Shown one piece after another: positions 37,287 through 50,677 of a stretch of 64,000 nt of DNA. This DNA comes from Octopus sinensis. Lineage: Eukaryota. Each line of letters begins with the position of its first letter. Position 1 is the first letter of the stretch. The notes under the pieces were generated by a model that did no database searches, had not been told where the DNA came from, and worked only from the letters and a program-made list of their open reading frames with translations. The translations under genes were made by a program, and so were the position numbers. The stretch lies in contig NC_043006.1 of assembly GCF_006345805.1 (NCBI RefSeq), forward strand, positions 86,986,001-87,050,000, given 5' to 3'.

Positions 37287-37599
37287 AATACATACATATA
37301 TATATATATAGATACATACATATATATACATGCATATATAAATACATATATATATATATATATATACATATATAAATACATACATACATATATATATATA
37401 TATAGGAAAGGCAGTTATGATTTAGTTTATTGTAATTTTAGCAAATCACTAATATACATCTAATAAGCTGACCTGCCACCCTACTGAAGAAGAATGTTGT
37501 AACAGCATTATGAACAGACCCTACCAAAAACTGCTTGTCACAGCTGACTAGTTTGCCAAATGCTGTAAGGACATTTGGAAGCTGACTATGCAATAAAGT

Positions 37600-38185
37600 T
37601 TTGTTTTAAGTTGGGCAAAAACATTACAAAAGTTTATGAAATCTCAGAACTGCATTTGGATTAGCTTTTTGCTGGCACAAGAGGTTCAAGGATGGGAGAG
37701 AGGAGGTGAAAGATGATGAGAGGTAAAAGAGAAAGAGAGACATCAAATCATCAGTGCTGGGTGAGAAAAGTCTCAATTTTCTTATGGTTTGGAGTTGGTG
37801 TGGCAACTGTATACAGAATTATTCATGAAAATCTGAACATATGCAACTTTTTTTTCTACAGTGATATTCTTAAAGCCAGGAAGTTTACAGCACCCCCTTA
37901 TACATATCTCACAAGTCACTTATTTACATATAATGCCCTTAGTATTCGCAATACTACTGAGAAAAAAATCTGTCAGCAGTATTTTTCTGATTAATAAACT
38001 TAAAATAGAAAAGTTTGTCTCAGTGATGAGCGTCTTTTGTCATTGCTTTATTTCTGGTCTCCTCTGCATAAAGGAAATAAAAGACAAATTTCAGTTCAGA
38101 ACATAAAATATAAATATAGAGTAAATTACAAGGCTACCAGCAGGAATATTTTATAATTGGCATTTCAAAATTTTGAACACCCTGA
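37600..38185 (+). pseudogene. Mariner remnant
   Basis: EEEVKDDER..., GVATVYRIIHENLN fragments; TIR-like TTTCAAAATTTTGAACACCCTG at the right end. Confidence 0.5.
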
Positions 38186-38385
38186 TGTTGTATATTTTGT
38201 CTTCAGGATGAGAAAAACAGTAAGAACAGGATGTAAACTATTTCAAATTATAAACAAATTGTATTTTCATAAAGTACAAAAATACACATATGCACACACA
38301 TAAATGTTAATGTTAAGCTATACATATATATTCATCTATGACGAATCTACATATACATATATATATATATACATATATATATATA

Positions 38386-38447
<62 letters not shown>

Positions 38448-38471
38448 CATAGAGATATACATATATATTCA

Positions 38472-38523
<52 letters not shown>

Positions 38524-39299
38524 TATATATATATATATATATATATACATAGTGATATACATATATATTCATCTATATATATATATATATATATGGAAGC
38601 ATATTTGAATATACTTATTCACATATACTTTTCACCTACAAACAAGTGAAAAATGAAAAATTGGTACTCATTGCATTTAGTTGGAGTTATTAATAGTGGA
38701 TATAAGACTGATACAGTTATACATTACTTAAAGATTCGTTGGCACAGATGTACATCTACATGCTCCAGTGTATGCAGACTGAATAAAAACATTTTGAATA
38801 TTTGGGCCTCCATTCATTTAAGTTGTATAAACAGTTTTATGTTATATATGATTCCATATAGTAGAGGTGACAATCTGTTGGTGTTTGATAGTTAACAACC
38901 TGTAAGGTTTGAGAATTTAATGATGTCAGATACTGATACTCTATCTAGTACAGGTGGCGTTAGATTACACATTAATTTGTGTGTCAAGCATAGATTTGGG
39001 CTTTAATTTTTGGTGGGTAATGGTATGCAAAAGGGAAAAAGTCTCACTATTGGAAAACAGATATTGTGTATTCTGAAGCTGTGCATGAGTTAACTAGAAG
39101 TAAGGTAATCTTTTCAGCAACCATTTGTTTGAAGTTCATTAACAGGGTGCATCTTCAGTATTTGTTATATAATAGATGAGTTTTCTTGTTGATGGATACA
39201 ACAGGCTGTTGCAGTATATGCATTTTCTCACAGATGCAGATTTGGTAACTATGAACTCCAAGTAAGCAAGGAGAGGTTCTGTCAAGGATGCTCAATGTG

Positions 39300-40380
39300 G
39301 TGTTTGAGAAGTAATTTTCTTTGTTGCAGTCCCTAGCTTAAGCTGGATAAGGAAATGGATAGTCCCAATCCCTTCATCTAAAAGAGCACATGTGTTGCTT
39401 AAATCTTTCTTTGAAATCACTGGTTGTTATAACTGTAATATCTTGTGATGCCACTGGATGTTATGAAAGTGGTTCAAGTTCAGAGCACAGTCTGTTGTGA
39501 AGCACCTACCATTAGGACTGCTTTGGTAACTGAGCAAAAGACATAGATGAATATTGCACACAACTCTTTCACTAACTTTGTTTACAGCAGATTATAAACG
39601 AATCGACCAAAAGAGACAAGATACTTGATCTTATTTTAACAAATCTACCTGTACCACACTTATACCACATCTGAGCTCCTTACACTAAACCAGTGCTGAT
39701 CAAATTAAATGTTTTTATCAGCATTGGATAATAAGACAAATCATGAAATTAATTTTTGGTGCTACAAAAAAAAAAGACATTTTGGACATTCGACATTCTT
39801 TAGCACAGCTGACTGGTCAGCTATCCTTTACTGAGAAGCTAAGAAAATGTGTTCTTGGATGACAACAATTATGAGCAAAGCCAAAGAAGCTTTCAAGCCA
39901 AGGAAATCTAAGTTACAGAGCTTGAATTACAGACAAATATAGAATGGTTTCCAAAAAAGAAAATATCACCATATCCATTGATTGAAGAAGATTAATATTC
40001 CAGAGAACAAATGAAATTTTACAAATGAAAGGCACAACAACAATATGGTTGAGTGAAGCACAAAATATTACAATGCAAGGCTTAGACAATAACTGATAAA
40101 CAACAATCTCTGCAACAAGAAGTTGTGGTGTCTCTTAAACTTTCTCTCCAGAAGAATAGGCCATTCCCATATTCCATTGTAGAATGTAATGCAGTTGCAC
40201 ATGCAAGCACAAAAAGCAAATCCAATGTTTTCTACCACACTAGAAATATGTGCTGCATATTAGACACTGACAACCAATAACCATTAAATCAGGTAATCTC
40301 CTGATACATGGCTACTACAAAACATTATTTCCAGGGCAAAAGATACTGTGATGTAGACATTCAAACCTGATATAGATACT
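39300..40380 (+). pseudogene. CR1/Jockey-like LINE endonuclease-to-linker remnant
   Basis: LQQIINESTKRDKILDLILTNLP matches the end of an APE domain; decayed downstream. Confidence 0.55.
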
Positions 40381-41229
40381 GTCTTTGAATCATCTAGTCC
40401 GGTCATGAAAAAAACATTGTTCAGAATACCTTGTTCTGTGTGTCATCTATTTCACCTTCACTTCATATGTGGTGTATTTTTTACTCCAGTGAAATATCAT
40501 TTCTGTAATTCTTATATATAAAATTGTCTGAGCATCTTTAGTAAAGTAAAGAAATCAATGGTGCATATACAACCACAATGCTATGAGCTAAAGAAAAAAA
40601 ATCAATTTTCTTCAAGAAGGCTATCCAGTTTCTAACCAAACCATAGCAAGGTAGATCTTATATTGTTTCCTAAAATATGGAACAATTTCTTAGATTTAGG
40701 TCAGTGGGTATATGCTATAGTCCTGTTAATTAAACGAGCATTCCACAATAGAATTTACACATTGGTAGAATTCAAGAAAATATGTGAGAAACATCTAAGG
40801 TGGCCTTAAAGCTCCAATACTGGGTGATCCTTTAAGGTTATTCCTCAAAATCAGCACTCTGATCAATGCAGTACATACCCTCAAGTTTATAGAATTATGT
40901 GTTTGTGTAGTTATATATACATATATTTATGCTAAATTGTTCTGATGTATTCTCAGATGTCGACTTACATAGTTATGTTTTGATATTATCACTGAAAATC
41001 TTGTGATTTTGTGTGGTGATTGTGTTGCTCCACTCCGCAAAATACAATAAGATGCATAATCTATTATCAATGACTATCTATAAAGAGGCTCTGTTGAGAA
41101 GAAGATAATGTTAACTCCAGTTGATAAAATTGCAAGTTATAAAAGAAAATGTAAATGTGTTGACAGTAAAACAAAAATAAAATAAGGCTTAAGAATAATT
41201 GAAGCAACAGTGTGAACAATTATGAGAAA

Positions 41230-42620
41230 AACAGATGATTTTTAGGTAAAATTAAAACTGTATCAACTTGAGTGTCATGATGGAAGCAGAACATCTTTTG
41301 TCTTTGTGGATGAACAGCACTAAGAACCACCATTAAACTGAAAGCGTTAAGTTCTTTTTCTGCAATTAAAGAAAACTTTATGAAAGAAAATGAGATTCTA
41401 GCAGAAACTGAAGATACTTTTAACATTAGTTCTGGTTGGTTTGACAGATTCAAAACTCTTAACAAGAATTCATGTTTGTAAAGTGTAGATAAAAATTCAG
41501 CAGAAAAATATATCAGTGTTTAAAGAAAATAATAAGGATTGAAGAGATTTTAGTAAAATAAAAATAATAATTGTGAATGAAACAGGCCTATTTTGGAAAA
41601 AAATACCTTCAAAAACCATTTTATTGTAGAATGCAACCTGAATTTTATGTGTTGAAAGTTACTTAACACTTTTATTGGAAGAAAATGCTGAAGGTAACTT
41701 TAAGCTAAATCCTGTGCTTGAGTATCACACACAGATCCATACAGTTCTTAAAGGCTACAACCAAGAATCTTTAGCATTATTTGTCAGTCCAACAACACAG
41801 AATGGATGACTAAATTATTTGTTGAAGAGTGGTTTTTATTTTCATTTTTCTTGGCTGCAGAAAAGTAGTATTTTTTTTATTAAACTTGGAGAATGACTCT
41901 GGACATCTCACTGAACTTGGAGATTTAGATAAACATGTGTAAGTCATATTTTTGACTGCGAGCATAACAGTCATTTTACAGCAAATAAACCAAGAGGTAA
42001 TTGCTACATTTAAATCTTTTTCATGTTTTTATTTTTGTTTTTGCTTTGCAAGCATTTTACAAGCATTTGAAGTTAAAATAGGAGAAAATGCAAATTTTGT
42101 TGGTACAAATTTGAAACAATTTAATGTAAATGTTGCCATTAAAAATATTAATGAATCTTAAGTGAAAGGAAAACAAAACATGACCCATTTAGAAATATAT
42201 CTTATCACGTTGCATTAAATGATTTCATTGACATTTACCAACAGGATGAAATAGGAAATAAAAAATATATATAGCAGCCATTAGAAGAAAGATTGGTTTC
42301 AAGGAAATATATGTTACAATGTTTCATAATTTCTTGAATCACATTTGAAAGAATTGACTGAACATGACCATCTTAAACTGGATCAACAGTATGTATATGA
42401 TGCATCCAACAAGCAATATATCAACGAGAATGAACAAATGAAGGAACTGACAGTAAAAGATTTTGGCTGATTTGATGGTTTGGGAATTTTAAAAGTCCAA
42501 GGAATTAATAATAGATATCAGTCCTAACTGCCAATAAACATGCATTTGGCATAATTCAAAGTATGCTGTTGCAGCTGCAGGAAATTTATAGTGATAAAAA
42601 GAAAAAGTATAAAAATTTTG
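41230..42620 (+). pseudogene. Tigger/pogo transposase remnant (CENP-B HTH plus DDE_1)
   Basis: SSGWFDRFK, NETGLFWKKIPSKT, ENAEGNFKLNPVLEYH and LEND SGH (LDNAPGH-like) motifs. Confidence 0.85.
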
Positions 42621-42984
42621 CTCAAATGGCCTGGGAAAATGTAAAGGTAAAAGTACTTTTTCATTCCTTTAGTTTTAATGCACTCTACAGCATAGCATAT
42701 TGTCTCATTTCTAATAAACTATTGAATACTAAATTCATTTTCATTATCTTTTATTGCTGTATTAGTTTGGAATATGGCATCAAAATGCATTAAAAAAAAA
42801 CTTCAAAGAATTACTTTGAATGTTTTTAAACTAATTGTTGAAGTGTTTCTTATATACTAAAATGTGCAATTAACATAGTTTCAATTAGAACAAATTTTTA
42901 CTGAACAAATTAATTCTGCTAATTGAAGTTTGCATGCATGCATACATATGTATGCACACACACATGCATGCATGTATGCATAAA

Positions 42985-43370
42985 AGAATATTGGTGCAAT
43001 ATTCACATCAAAACTTCTGTCAAATGTAAACATAACAGGCCAGATAACGTTATTTGGGACAGACAAGAAAAAGCAAGCACTGACATAGAGGTTAGCTGTC
43101 CTGCTGATGTGGATATCTCTTCAAAAATCAATGGAAAAGAGGATGAATATAGGACAGCTGTTTTGAAACCTTCAGCTTCTGTATCCAGATTATAAATTCA
43201 CAATTATACCAGTTATACTTGATGCATTTTGTTTTGCCAGTAAACACCTAAGTGACAATCTGGATAAGCTAGGGTTTTCAGAAAAAGAACTCAACCAGCT
43301 AATTCAGATGTTACAAATACAGTCTGTAATTGAACAGTAAAATATGCAAATCTTTTCTCAAGTTTAAAGT
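42985..43370 (+). pseudogene. RLE-type LINE C-terminal endonuclease remnant
   Basis: KHNRPDNVIWDRQEK...IEVSCPADVDI...; IIPVIL.AF; LQIQSV. Confidence 0.75.
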
Positions 43371-43879
43371 ATGAATTTGCTTTTGTTATCTACATTCCAA
43401 TGATGGAGCAGTATTAGAAACCAGCTCCTTCTTTTCAAGAAGACTTGAAGAAATTAAAAGCAGAAGAGAACAAGTAGTTACAGGCAAGCAGTCAGGTATA
43501 CATACATTAGGTATAAAGTGAATAATAACTTCACAGAACTTTAGTTACTCTTCAAGGAAAATTTAACAAGAATGTATGGAGATTTTATATTCCAAAATCT
43601 TGAGAGAAATTTAACAATTTCAAAGCATGAATTCAAGACACTAAAACAAAACCTTGTTATCAGGAAAATATTAGAACAAACCAGCATTAATTACAATTTG
43701 TTTCTAATTTACAATATGTATCAGGAAGACAAAGAAAAACATTATCTTAATAAGAATTATGTCTTGTCCTTTTCTAAGATCTATGAAAGAATGGAAAGAT
43801 TTTGGTTAGAATGTATCATAGGCAGATACTTTCAAGAAAGAACTAAACTGACTAAACCTACATGACTGAAGCTGAAACT

Positions 43880-44600
43880 TTTGCTAAAGGTGTGAGAAAC
43901 ATGCATGGTGGGAAGGTACCAAGAAGAGAAAATGTAGTTACTGGGGAACGATAACTACTGAAGACCAAATTGACATTGCAAATTGGATTCCCATATCACA
44001 GTCAAATCTTGTAACCAAGAATGAAAACACATACTTGACAGAAAACAATTGGCCCATTGCATGAGAAATGGATTCTCTCAAATGCCCAGAAGGCATTTTA
44101 GTAGCTGGTAGCATTTGTGAATTAGATGACTTGATTAGTGGTGGCGGTGAGTATTCCGAAAGTATACTAGCCAAAGTAAAAGCTGACTGGAAAAAGTTCA
44201 GGGTGATTTTACCTCAACCAGTCACATAAAGGTTTCCTTCTCAAAGTGGAAAAAAGATTGCATGATGATGATTGTTTATGGAATGTGTTGATGTATGGTA
44301 CTGAGACTTGGGTACTGAATGCTGGGGATTTGTGATTATTGAAAGCATGTTTTGCAGGATATAAAATGTTAGTGTTAGAGGACAGACAGAATACACTGAG
44401 AGAAAAGGAGACTGATGCAGTGCGCAATAGGGAAAATTGTGCAAGTATAGGCATGTGGTGCATATTGATGATAAATGTTGTATACCAGGCACTTGCAGCT
44501 GATGTAGAGGGAAACCCAGGAAGACAGAGGACCAAGTTGATTGGCATTATAAAGGGCTGCAGAAGAACTACCTACCTATAGAAGCATGGCAAAACAAATG
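43880..44600 (+). pseudogene. RTE-clade LINE 3' remnant
   Basis: DLISGGGEYSESILAKVKADWKKFR, MYGTETWVL, and a GRPRKTW-like end. Confidence 0.75.
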
Positions 44601-44637
44601 TCAAAGACATTTAAAACTATTGTTAATAATGGACACT

Positions 44638-44823
44638 GGTAAGGCAGCAAGCTGGCAAAATTGTTAGCATATCAGGTAAAATGCTTAGAGGCATTTTATT
44701 CATCTTTACATCCTGAGTTAAAATTCTGGCGAGGTCAATTTTGCATTTTGTCCTTTCGGGAGTTGATAAAATCAACTTACCCCCACCCCTGAAATTTCTA
44801 ACCATGTGCCAAAATCTGAAACC
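44638..44823 (+). mobile_element. SINE family A variant with 13-bp TSD
   Basis: TSD AATAATGGACACT at 44625-44637 and 44824-44836. Confidence 0.8.
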
Positions 44824-44959
44824 AATAATGGACACTAACTTATTCAATCTAACTTATCCAATTGCTCTTTTGTCCACTGTACTTTATTGTCAAATGTAAC
44901 TATAGATGATTGCAAGTCTCTCTCTCTCTTCTTTTTAGTATATCTTCTATAAGTCACAT

Positions 44960-45190
44960 TATAGAGGAAGTTAGGCAGCCTCATCTGGAAATTGAAAGAC
45001 TGCCATCAGCTCTAGCATCAAATGGAGGGCCCTGGATAAATCAATACCAAGCGCACATAGACTGAGGAAATACAGTCTATGTATAGCAGACAGAACAAAC
45101 ATACTGCTCAATTACTACCTAAACACTAAAAGATTATTTTTCACATTGTATGTCCATACACATGAATTCATCCTGTCTAACTGGAGAATA
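44960..45190 (+). pseudogene. Penelope-like C-terminal remnant
   Basis: IKWRALDKS...YSLCIADR...LN.KRLF..CM.IH resembles the Cys-rich PLE end (W.IL.KA...C.LC..EK...LN.RSE...C.H). Confidence 0.5.
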
Positions 45191-45937
45191 CCAATTACAT
45201 CAGATTAACAGTATCAAAACTCAGGATTTTATCCAGCTGGGCACAGCTTCACTCTCTACTCTCTTCCTCCTTTGAAACCAATGTTTAGCATATATCTAAT
45301 CCCCTATCAAATAACACCACCAAAACTGGATAATTTAATAAAACTTTTTAGACATTCAAAAAATACCGAACAGCACTAACACCAACTTGAAATTTTAGAC
45401 ACCTTCGTAGATCTTTCAAATTACTTCAGTCTCTTTTTGCAACTTAATAATTGCTGACAATCAAACCACATAACTTATGCTTTGGTATAATGGAGCTACT
45501 ACCCCATCTATATTAATTATATTCATTCACAATTAATACTCTTATATACTGCCGATGTTGAGACAGTATTCATTCACTCACAAGTAACAAAACTTCTGAA
45601 TTCTGATGTAATATGGGTGACTAATGCTAAAGAAACTTGATGGATGAAAGAAGTTCAATCCCATGAGTCAGGTATTTTCCCTGGAACATGAAATTTAGGT
45701 AGTTGTCAGCAAACATTTAAGACACTGAGTATAAAATGTTTACAACTCACAAATTTAATGGTAATTTAAAACTGCTGAATCTGTTGGCAAATGAAGTATA
45801 TATTGTGCGTGAATGTGTACACACACACACACGCACACACACACACACATGCATGTATCTTATTATTGCTATTTAAAACAGTTTGATTTGGCTCTATGCA
45901 ACTTGAAGTTTGGTGGGCTACTACCAGAAACCTAGTT

Positions 45938-46170
45938 AAGGCGGTGAGCTGGTAGAAACGTTAGCACGCTGGGCGAAATGCTTAGCAGTATTTCGCCTGC
46001 CGCTACGTTCTGAGTTCAAATTCCGTCGCGGTCGACTTTGTCTTTCATCTTTTCGGGGTCAATTAAATAAGTACCAGTTATGCACTGGAGTCGATATAAT
46101 TGACTTAATCCCTTTGCCTATCCTTGTTTGTACTCTCTGTGTATAGCCCCTTGTGGGTAGAAAAGAAATA
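45938..46170 (+). mobile_element. SINE family A, full length, with TSD
   Basis: A box GGCGGTGAGCTGG, B box GAGTTCAAATTCC; TSD AGAA(A/T)CCTAGTT at 45926-45937 / 46171-46182. Confidence 0.9.
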
Positions 46171-46304
46171 AGAATCCTAGTTTGTTCAGGCTCAGATTAC
46201 CTGCCTACTAAATGCATTGAGTGCATTTTCTCCCATTTGTCCACTCACTCATATACATAAATGCATACATATATATATAGTTACACATGCTCAGTCACAC
46301 ACAT

Positions 46305-46358
<54 letters not shown>

Positions 46359-46381
46359 GTACATACATACATATGCGTATA

Positions 46382-46449
<68 letters not shown>

Positions 46450-47089
46450 AAAGATAGATAGATAGACAGACAGAAAGACAGACAGATAGATAGATAGACA
46501 CATGTATGCAAGTCTGTGAATATTTAAATATGCAAATTCATGCAGCTATGCAGAATGTCCACAAACATTTTCCACCAAAGCTATTTGAAGAACAGAATTT
46601 TCTAGTAAAGTTTTGATTTGGTTGCTTTCTGTACCACTTTATATTCATCACGAACGTATTTGCTTTGTTGATTAATATCCAGTTGTTGAATTTTGTTTTG
46701 CTTTTTTATTTTATTTTTCTGGTAACTGTTTTGTCTCTATCACGTTTATTGAGAGAACAGTTTATTCATTGCAGGAAGAAATACTTTTCATGTCAGATTA
46801 TCAGATCAACTCAAAGGAAATTTCTCAAAGAATTAATCCAATTTATAATGGTCATATTATGAATATCATTCTAAAGACTGGTGATTCAAGGCAGAATTGG
46901 TAATACACTGGACAAATTGAATGGCAGTATTCAGAAATGGTCTTTTTAAGATTCAAGTTCAAATCCCAAATAGGTCAGCTATGCTTTTTCTTCATCTGAG
47001 ATTTGAAGCATCAGTCAATTTAGAGGGAATCACTATAAACCCCAAAACATGTATCTTTCTTACAAATCTAAAATATTTAATGACATATA

Positions 47090-47315
47090 AGATGGAGAGC
47101 TAGCAGAATTGTTAGCATGCTGGGCAAATGTTTAATGGCATCTCACCTGATTTAATGTACTGAGTTCAAATTCCACTAAGGTCAACGTTCCCTTTCATCC
47201 TTTTAGGGTTGATAAAATAAGTAGCAATTGAGCACTGGGATTGATGTAATCAACTTAGCCCCCCCAACCCCCAAAAAAAATTGCTGGCCTTGTACCCCAG
47301 AATTTGAAACCAATA
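47090..47315 (+). mobile_element. SINE family A variant
   Basis: GAGTTCAAATTCC...CTTTCATCCTTTTAGGGTTGATAAAATAAGT; a similar copy lies at about 48700-48920. Confidence 0.75.
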
Positions 47316-48921
47316 TTTACTGACATACTGATGGCAAATTCTAATTAGGTTTACATATATGACCTAGATGTGTCATGAGCCAACAGGCTGGAGCTTATCC
47401 CAGTTTTCCTGGTGTACAAACAAACTAAGAATGCAATATTTACTCTTGAATGGAGTGCCAGTCTATTTCAGAATAAATCCCCCAGCTATTGCTGCTACTC
47501 GTTTTTGCTGAGTAATCTGGGAATCAAAACCACAGCCTGATGGTAGTAAATCTGATACCCTAACCACTAGGTTACACACATTCATCCACGATGAATTCAT
47601 AGAGTACCATTTAGTTTTTGGATCAACTTAATCACTTATGCCCTTCCCATCCATTTCATTGCCTTTCACCACTATTAGAAACCATGTTATTCTTATGCAT
47701 CTTATATAATATTTCTAATAGCAATAACATCACAGTTTATAAGAAACTTTTTTTCAAAATTTGTAGGAGGAAGCAGAGTACAACTTTTGCACTATACAAA
47801 CCATCCCAGACAGGAAGGCATTACAGTTGTTTACGTGTGATTATCCCAGATTTAGAAGACCTATGATCAAAAGCATTCAGTCATAGCTGCCCCATTTATT
47901 ATATAAGATGCTATGTGAGATTTGTGAGAGATTTGATTTCTATTTCTAACTGGCTTATTGACTCTGCAGCAGCTCCCTCATCAACTTGGCACTGGTGAGA
48001 TTGATTCAGGTGGTGTATTTGGCCTGAATATCTGGATACTAATTTTCATTGAGAAATCTTAGTTCAATCCTTCCATCCCACAGTCACATAGCTCTGGATA
48101 TTGCAGTGGGGGTGGGCCAATTGAAATTAGAGTTTAGCTTAGAATTTTTATGTGAAGGAAAAGAAATGTATCCTCTAAGTGTTTGATGAAGCTAGTATAC
48201 AGCTTGTAAGTTCAGTGAAGCAAAGGGCATTGCAGTAGAGGTTGAAGAAACAAAAAGAAGAAACAGCATGTCAGTGAGTCTATAGATGAAATATATTAGT
48301 GAATGAATCTTTATTAATCATGAGGGATGACTCTACTTTGGATGCAGTCTCAGATGTTAATATGTAGGAACATCACAAGTGCTAGATAAGTAAATAATGC
48401 TCTAGTAGAAGTTAAACTATAGCTTTGTAGAGCACCAGAAACTGATGTAAACTTAAGAATATATCCTAAAAGGAAAAGGAAGTATACTCTTCGGGAAGCA
48501 GTGTTTGAAATGTTACAGATTTAAAGTTACCATAAAAAATTTGAAAAATATTATGAGAATAAGTATTTGTTATATCTTTGAGGATTTTTTAAATACTTTT
48601 TTAATTTGAGAGGATCACTTTGCTAATAAAAACACATTCACTGATCATATTTCCTATTTATTAATATCATTATTATTAATGTTGTTGTGGTTGTTGTTAT
48701 TAAAGCAGAAAACTGGCAGAATCAGAAAACTGGCACACCAGACAAAATGCTTAGTGGTATTTTGTCCATTTTTAGTGATATTTAATCCACTGAGGTCAAC
48801 TTTGCCTGTCATTTTGTTGGGGGCCAACAAAATAAGTACCAATTGAGCACTGAGGGCAATGTAATCAACTAGCCCACTGCCCCAAAAATTTCAGGCCTTG
48901 TACCTATAGCAGAAAGGGTGA

Positions 48922-48924
<3 letters not shown>

Positions 48925-48952
<28 letters not shown>

Positions 48953-48992
48953 TGGTAGTGGTGGTGGTGGTGGCGGTGGCGGTAGTAGTAGT

Positions 48993-49030
<38 letters not shown>
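48925..49030. repeat. Compound trinucleotide repeat (ATT)(GGT)(GGC)(AGT)(AGC)(AGT)
   Basis: Directly visible. Confidence 0.95.
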
Positions 49031-49049
<19 letters not shown>

Positions 49050-50382
49050 CATCTAGTTAATGAAAGTAAAGCCATGTATATATTTATTTAACATGGTAAG
49101 GTATACTCAAATGGGGAATGACCTTTGATGTGGTAATGGTCCCAGAAGAAAGATGATCCTTAGGAACATAGTGTGTGAAAACACACAGATCTAGGTTCTG
49201 AATGATATCATTAGACAATCTATAATGTTATGTTTCATCAGTTATGTTGAATTCATCATTCATACTCCATTCAGTACCCTTACTCCTATATGTAAACAGC
49301 AAATAATAAATTTGCTGGTATATGCAAAGCTTTGTCAAGCTGAAATTAATTAATTAATCAATTAAAGGCACACTAAACAGCAATGATTTAAATATGGCTG
49401 TGTATACTTATATGTAATACAGTTATGTAGACACCAGCTTGACAAAGGGTTACACACAGTAGAATGATTTCACATCAAGAAATTCGTAAAACAAATTAAA
49501 AAACAATCTTTAATATGGGCAATGTGTTCTCTTGCTAGATTATTCTGTTGATATATATATAAATAGTGGTTGTGTTTTAGTTATACTACAAAAGTTTCCA
49601 ATGTTTTGGTTTGACTGGAAATTGTTTACATATCTCTGCTCACAGAAACAGTAAAAGATGGCTTGAAATCTACTAGTTGAGTTCAAATGATGTATGTGTA
49701 CAAAGGTTAAATTGGAATGCAACATGGTATTAAGACTATATATGGTTAAAGCAGTGCTGCTTTTGCTAAAGATTTCAAAGAGGAAACATGACTGATGAGT
49801 GATGGAGAAAAACGAACAGCCAACAGCTTTTGTTCTACTGACACCATACTCATTGGTTATATACAATGAAAAGAAACTGAAAGTGACAAAGTTGGCCAGT
49901 TATTGGAAGGGTAAGGATTTTGCCCATTTTAAAAACATACTGTCTCATAGAAAAGGACTGAAAGTTCTGGAGAGAAGAGACAAAGATACTAATCTTAAGT
50001 TCCTTGTTTAACATCTTTTCAAAAACATTAGCTCTTTACTCTATATTTTACGCTATTTTACGTTACCTTGTCTATACTACATCTGTTATTATATATTTTC
50101 TTTAAATAGGAATGTTCTGGAAGACAGCTTAGGTTAAGAGAATTACCTTTCTGATTATTTAATTCTAAATGCACTGAACCAGGGATTGCCTTGTTGGAAA
50201 CTTATAACCAACAACACTATTTTTCATTGATGCATAACGTAAACAGAAAGTAAAAAATGAGAAATTGCCTCACTGTTCTGTAACTACTTACCCTTCATAT
50301 CTTTGTCATTAATCTCTGACAATTACCATTACTTAATTGTGTATATGTGTGTGTGCATGAGAATGTATATGTACACACACAC

Positions 50383-50428
<46 letters not shown>

Positions 50429-50432
50429 GTGG

Positions 50433-50473
<41 letters not shown>

Positions 50474-50479
<6 letters not shown>

Positions 50480-50677
50480 ATCTAAACATGAACAAAGAGA
50501 AAACAACAACGTGAGGACGTGGAACAAGTATAGTCTTATTGGACGCTCAGGAAAGGAAAGAAAGAAGGAGGATTTCCCGTTTCGAGCGGAACTCTTCGTC
50601 AGAAACATAGAAAAAGGGAAGGTCCAGGGAAGGGAAGACGGAGAAAGAAAATTGCCAACAATATACATGCAGTCACA
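50474..50677 (-). mobile_element. Short Penelope-terminus-like element carrying a hammerhead-like core
   Basis: Minus strand CTGACGA-A-GAG-TTCCG-CTC-GAAAC; flanked by (TA)n; homologous to 55051-55188. Confidence 0.65.

Noticed and set aside
43572-43865. 97-aa ORF between two LINE remnants
   Set aside because: No recognisable motif; AT-rich; likely decayed element sequence.
50135-50315. Minus-strand micro-exon pair (EINDKDMK / VSNKAIPGSVHLELNNQK)
   Set aside because: Good donors but the needed acceptor is not the first AG after the pyrimidine tract; GTAAGT-type signals are expected often by chance in 64 kb of AT-rich DNA.
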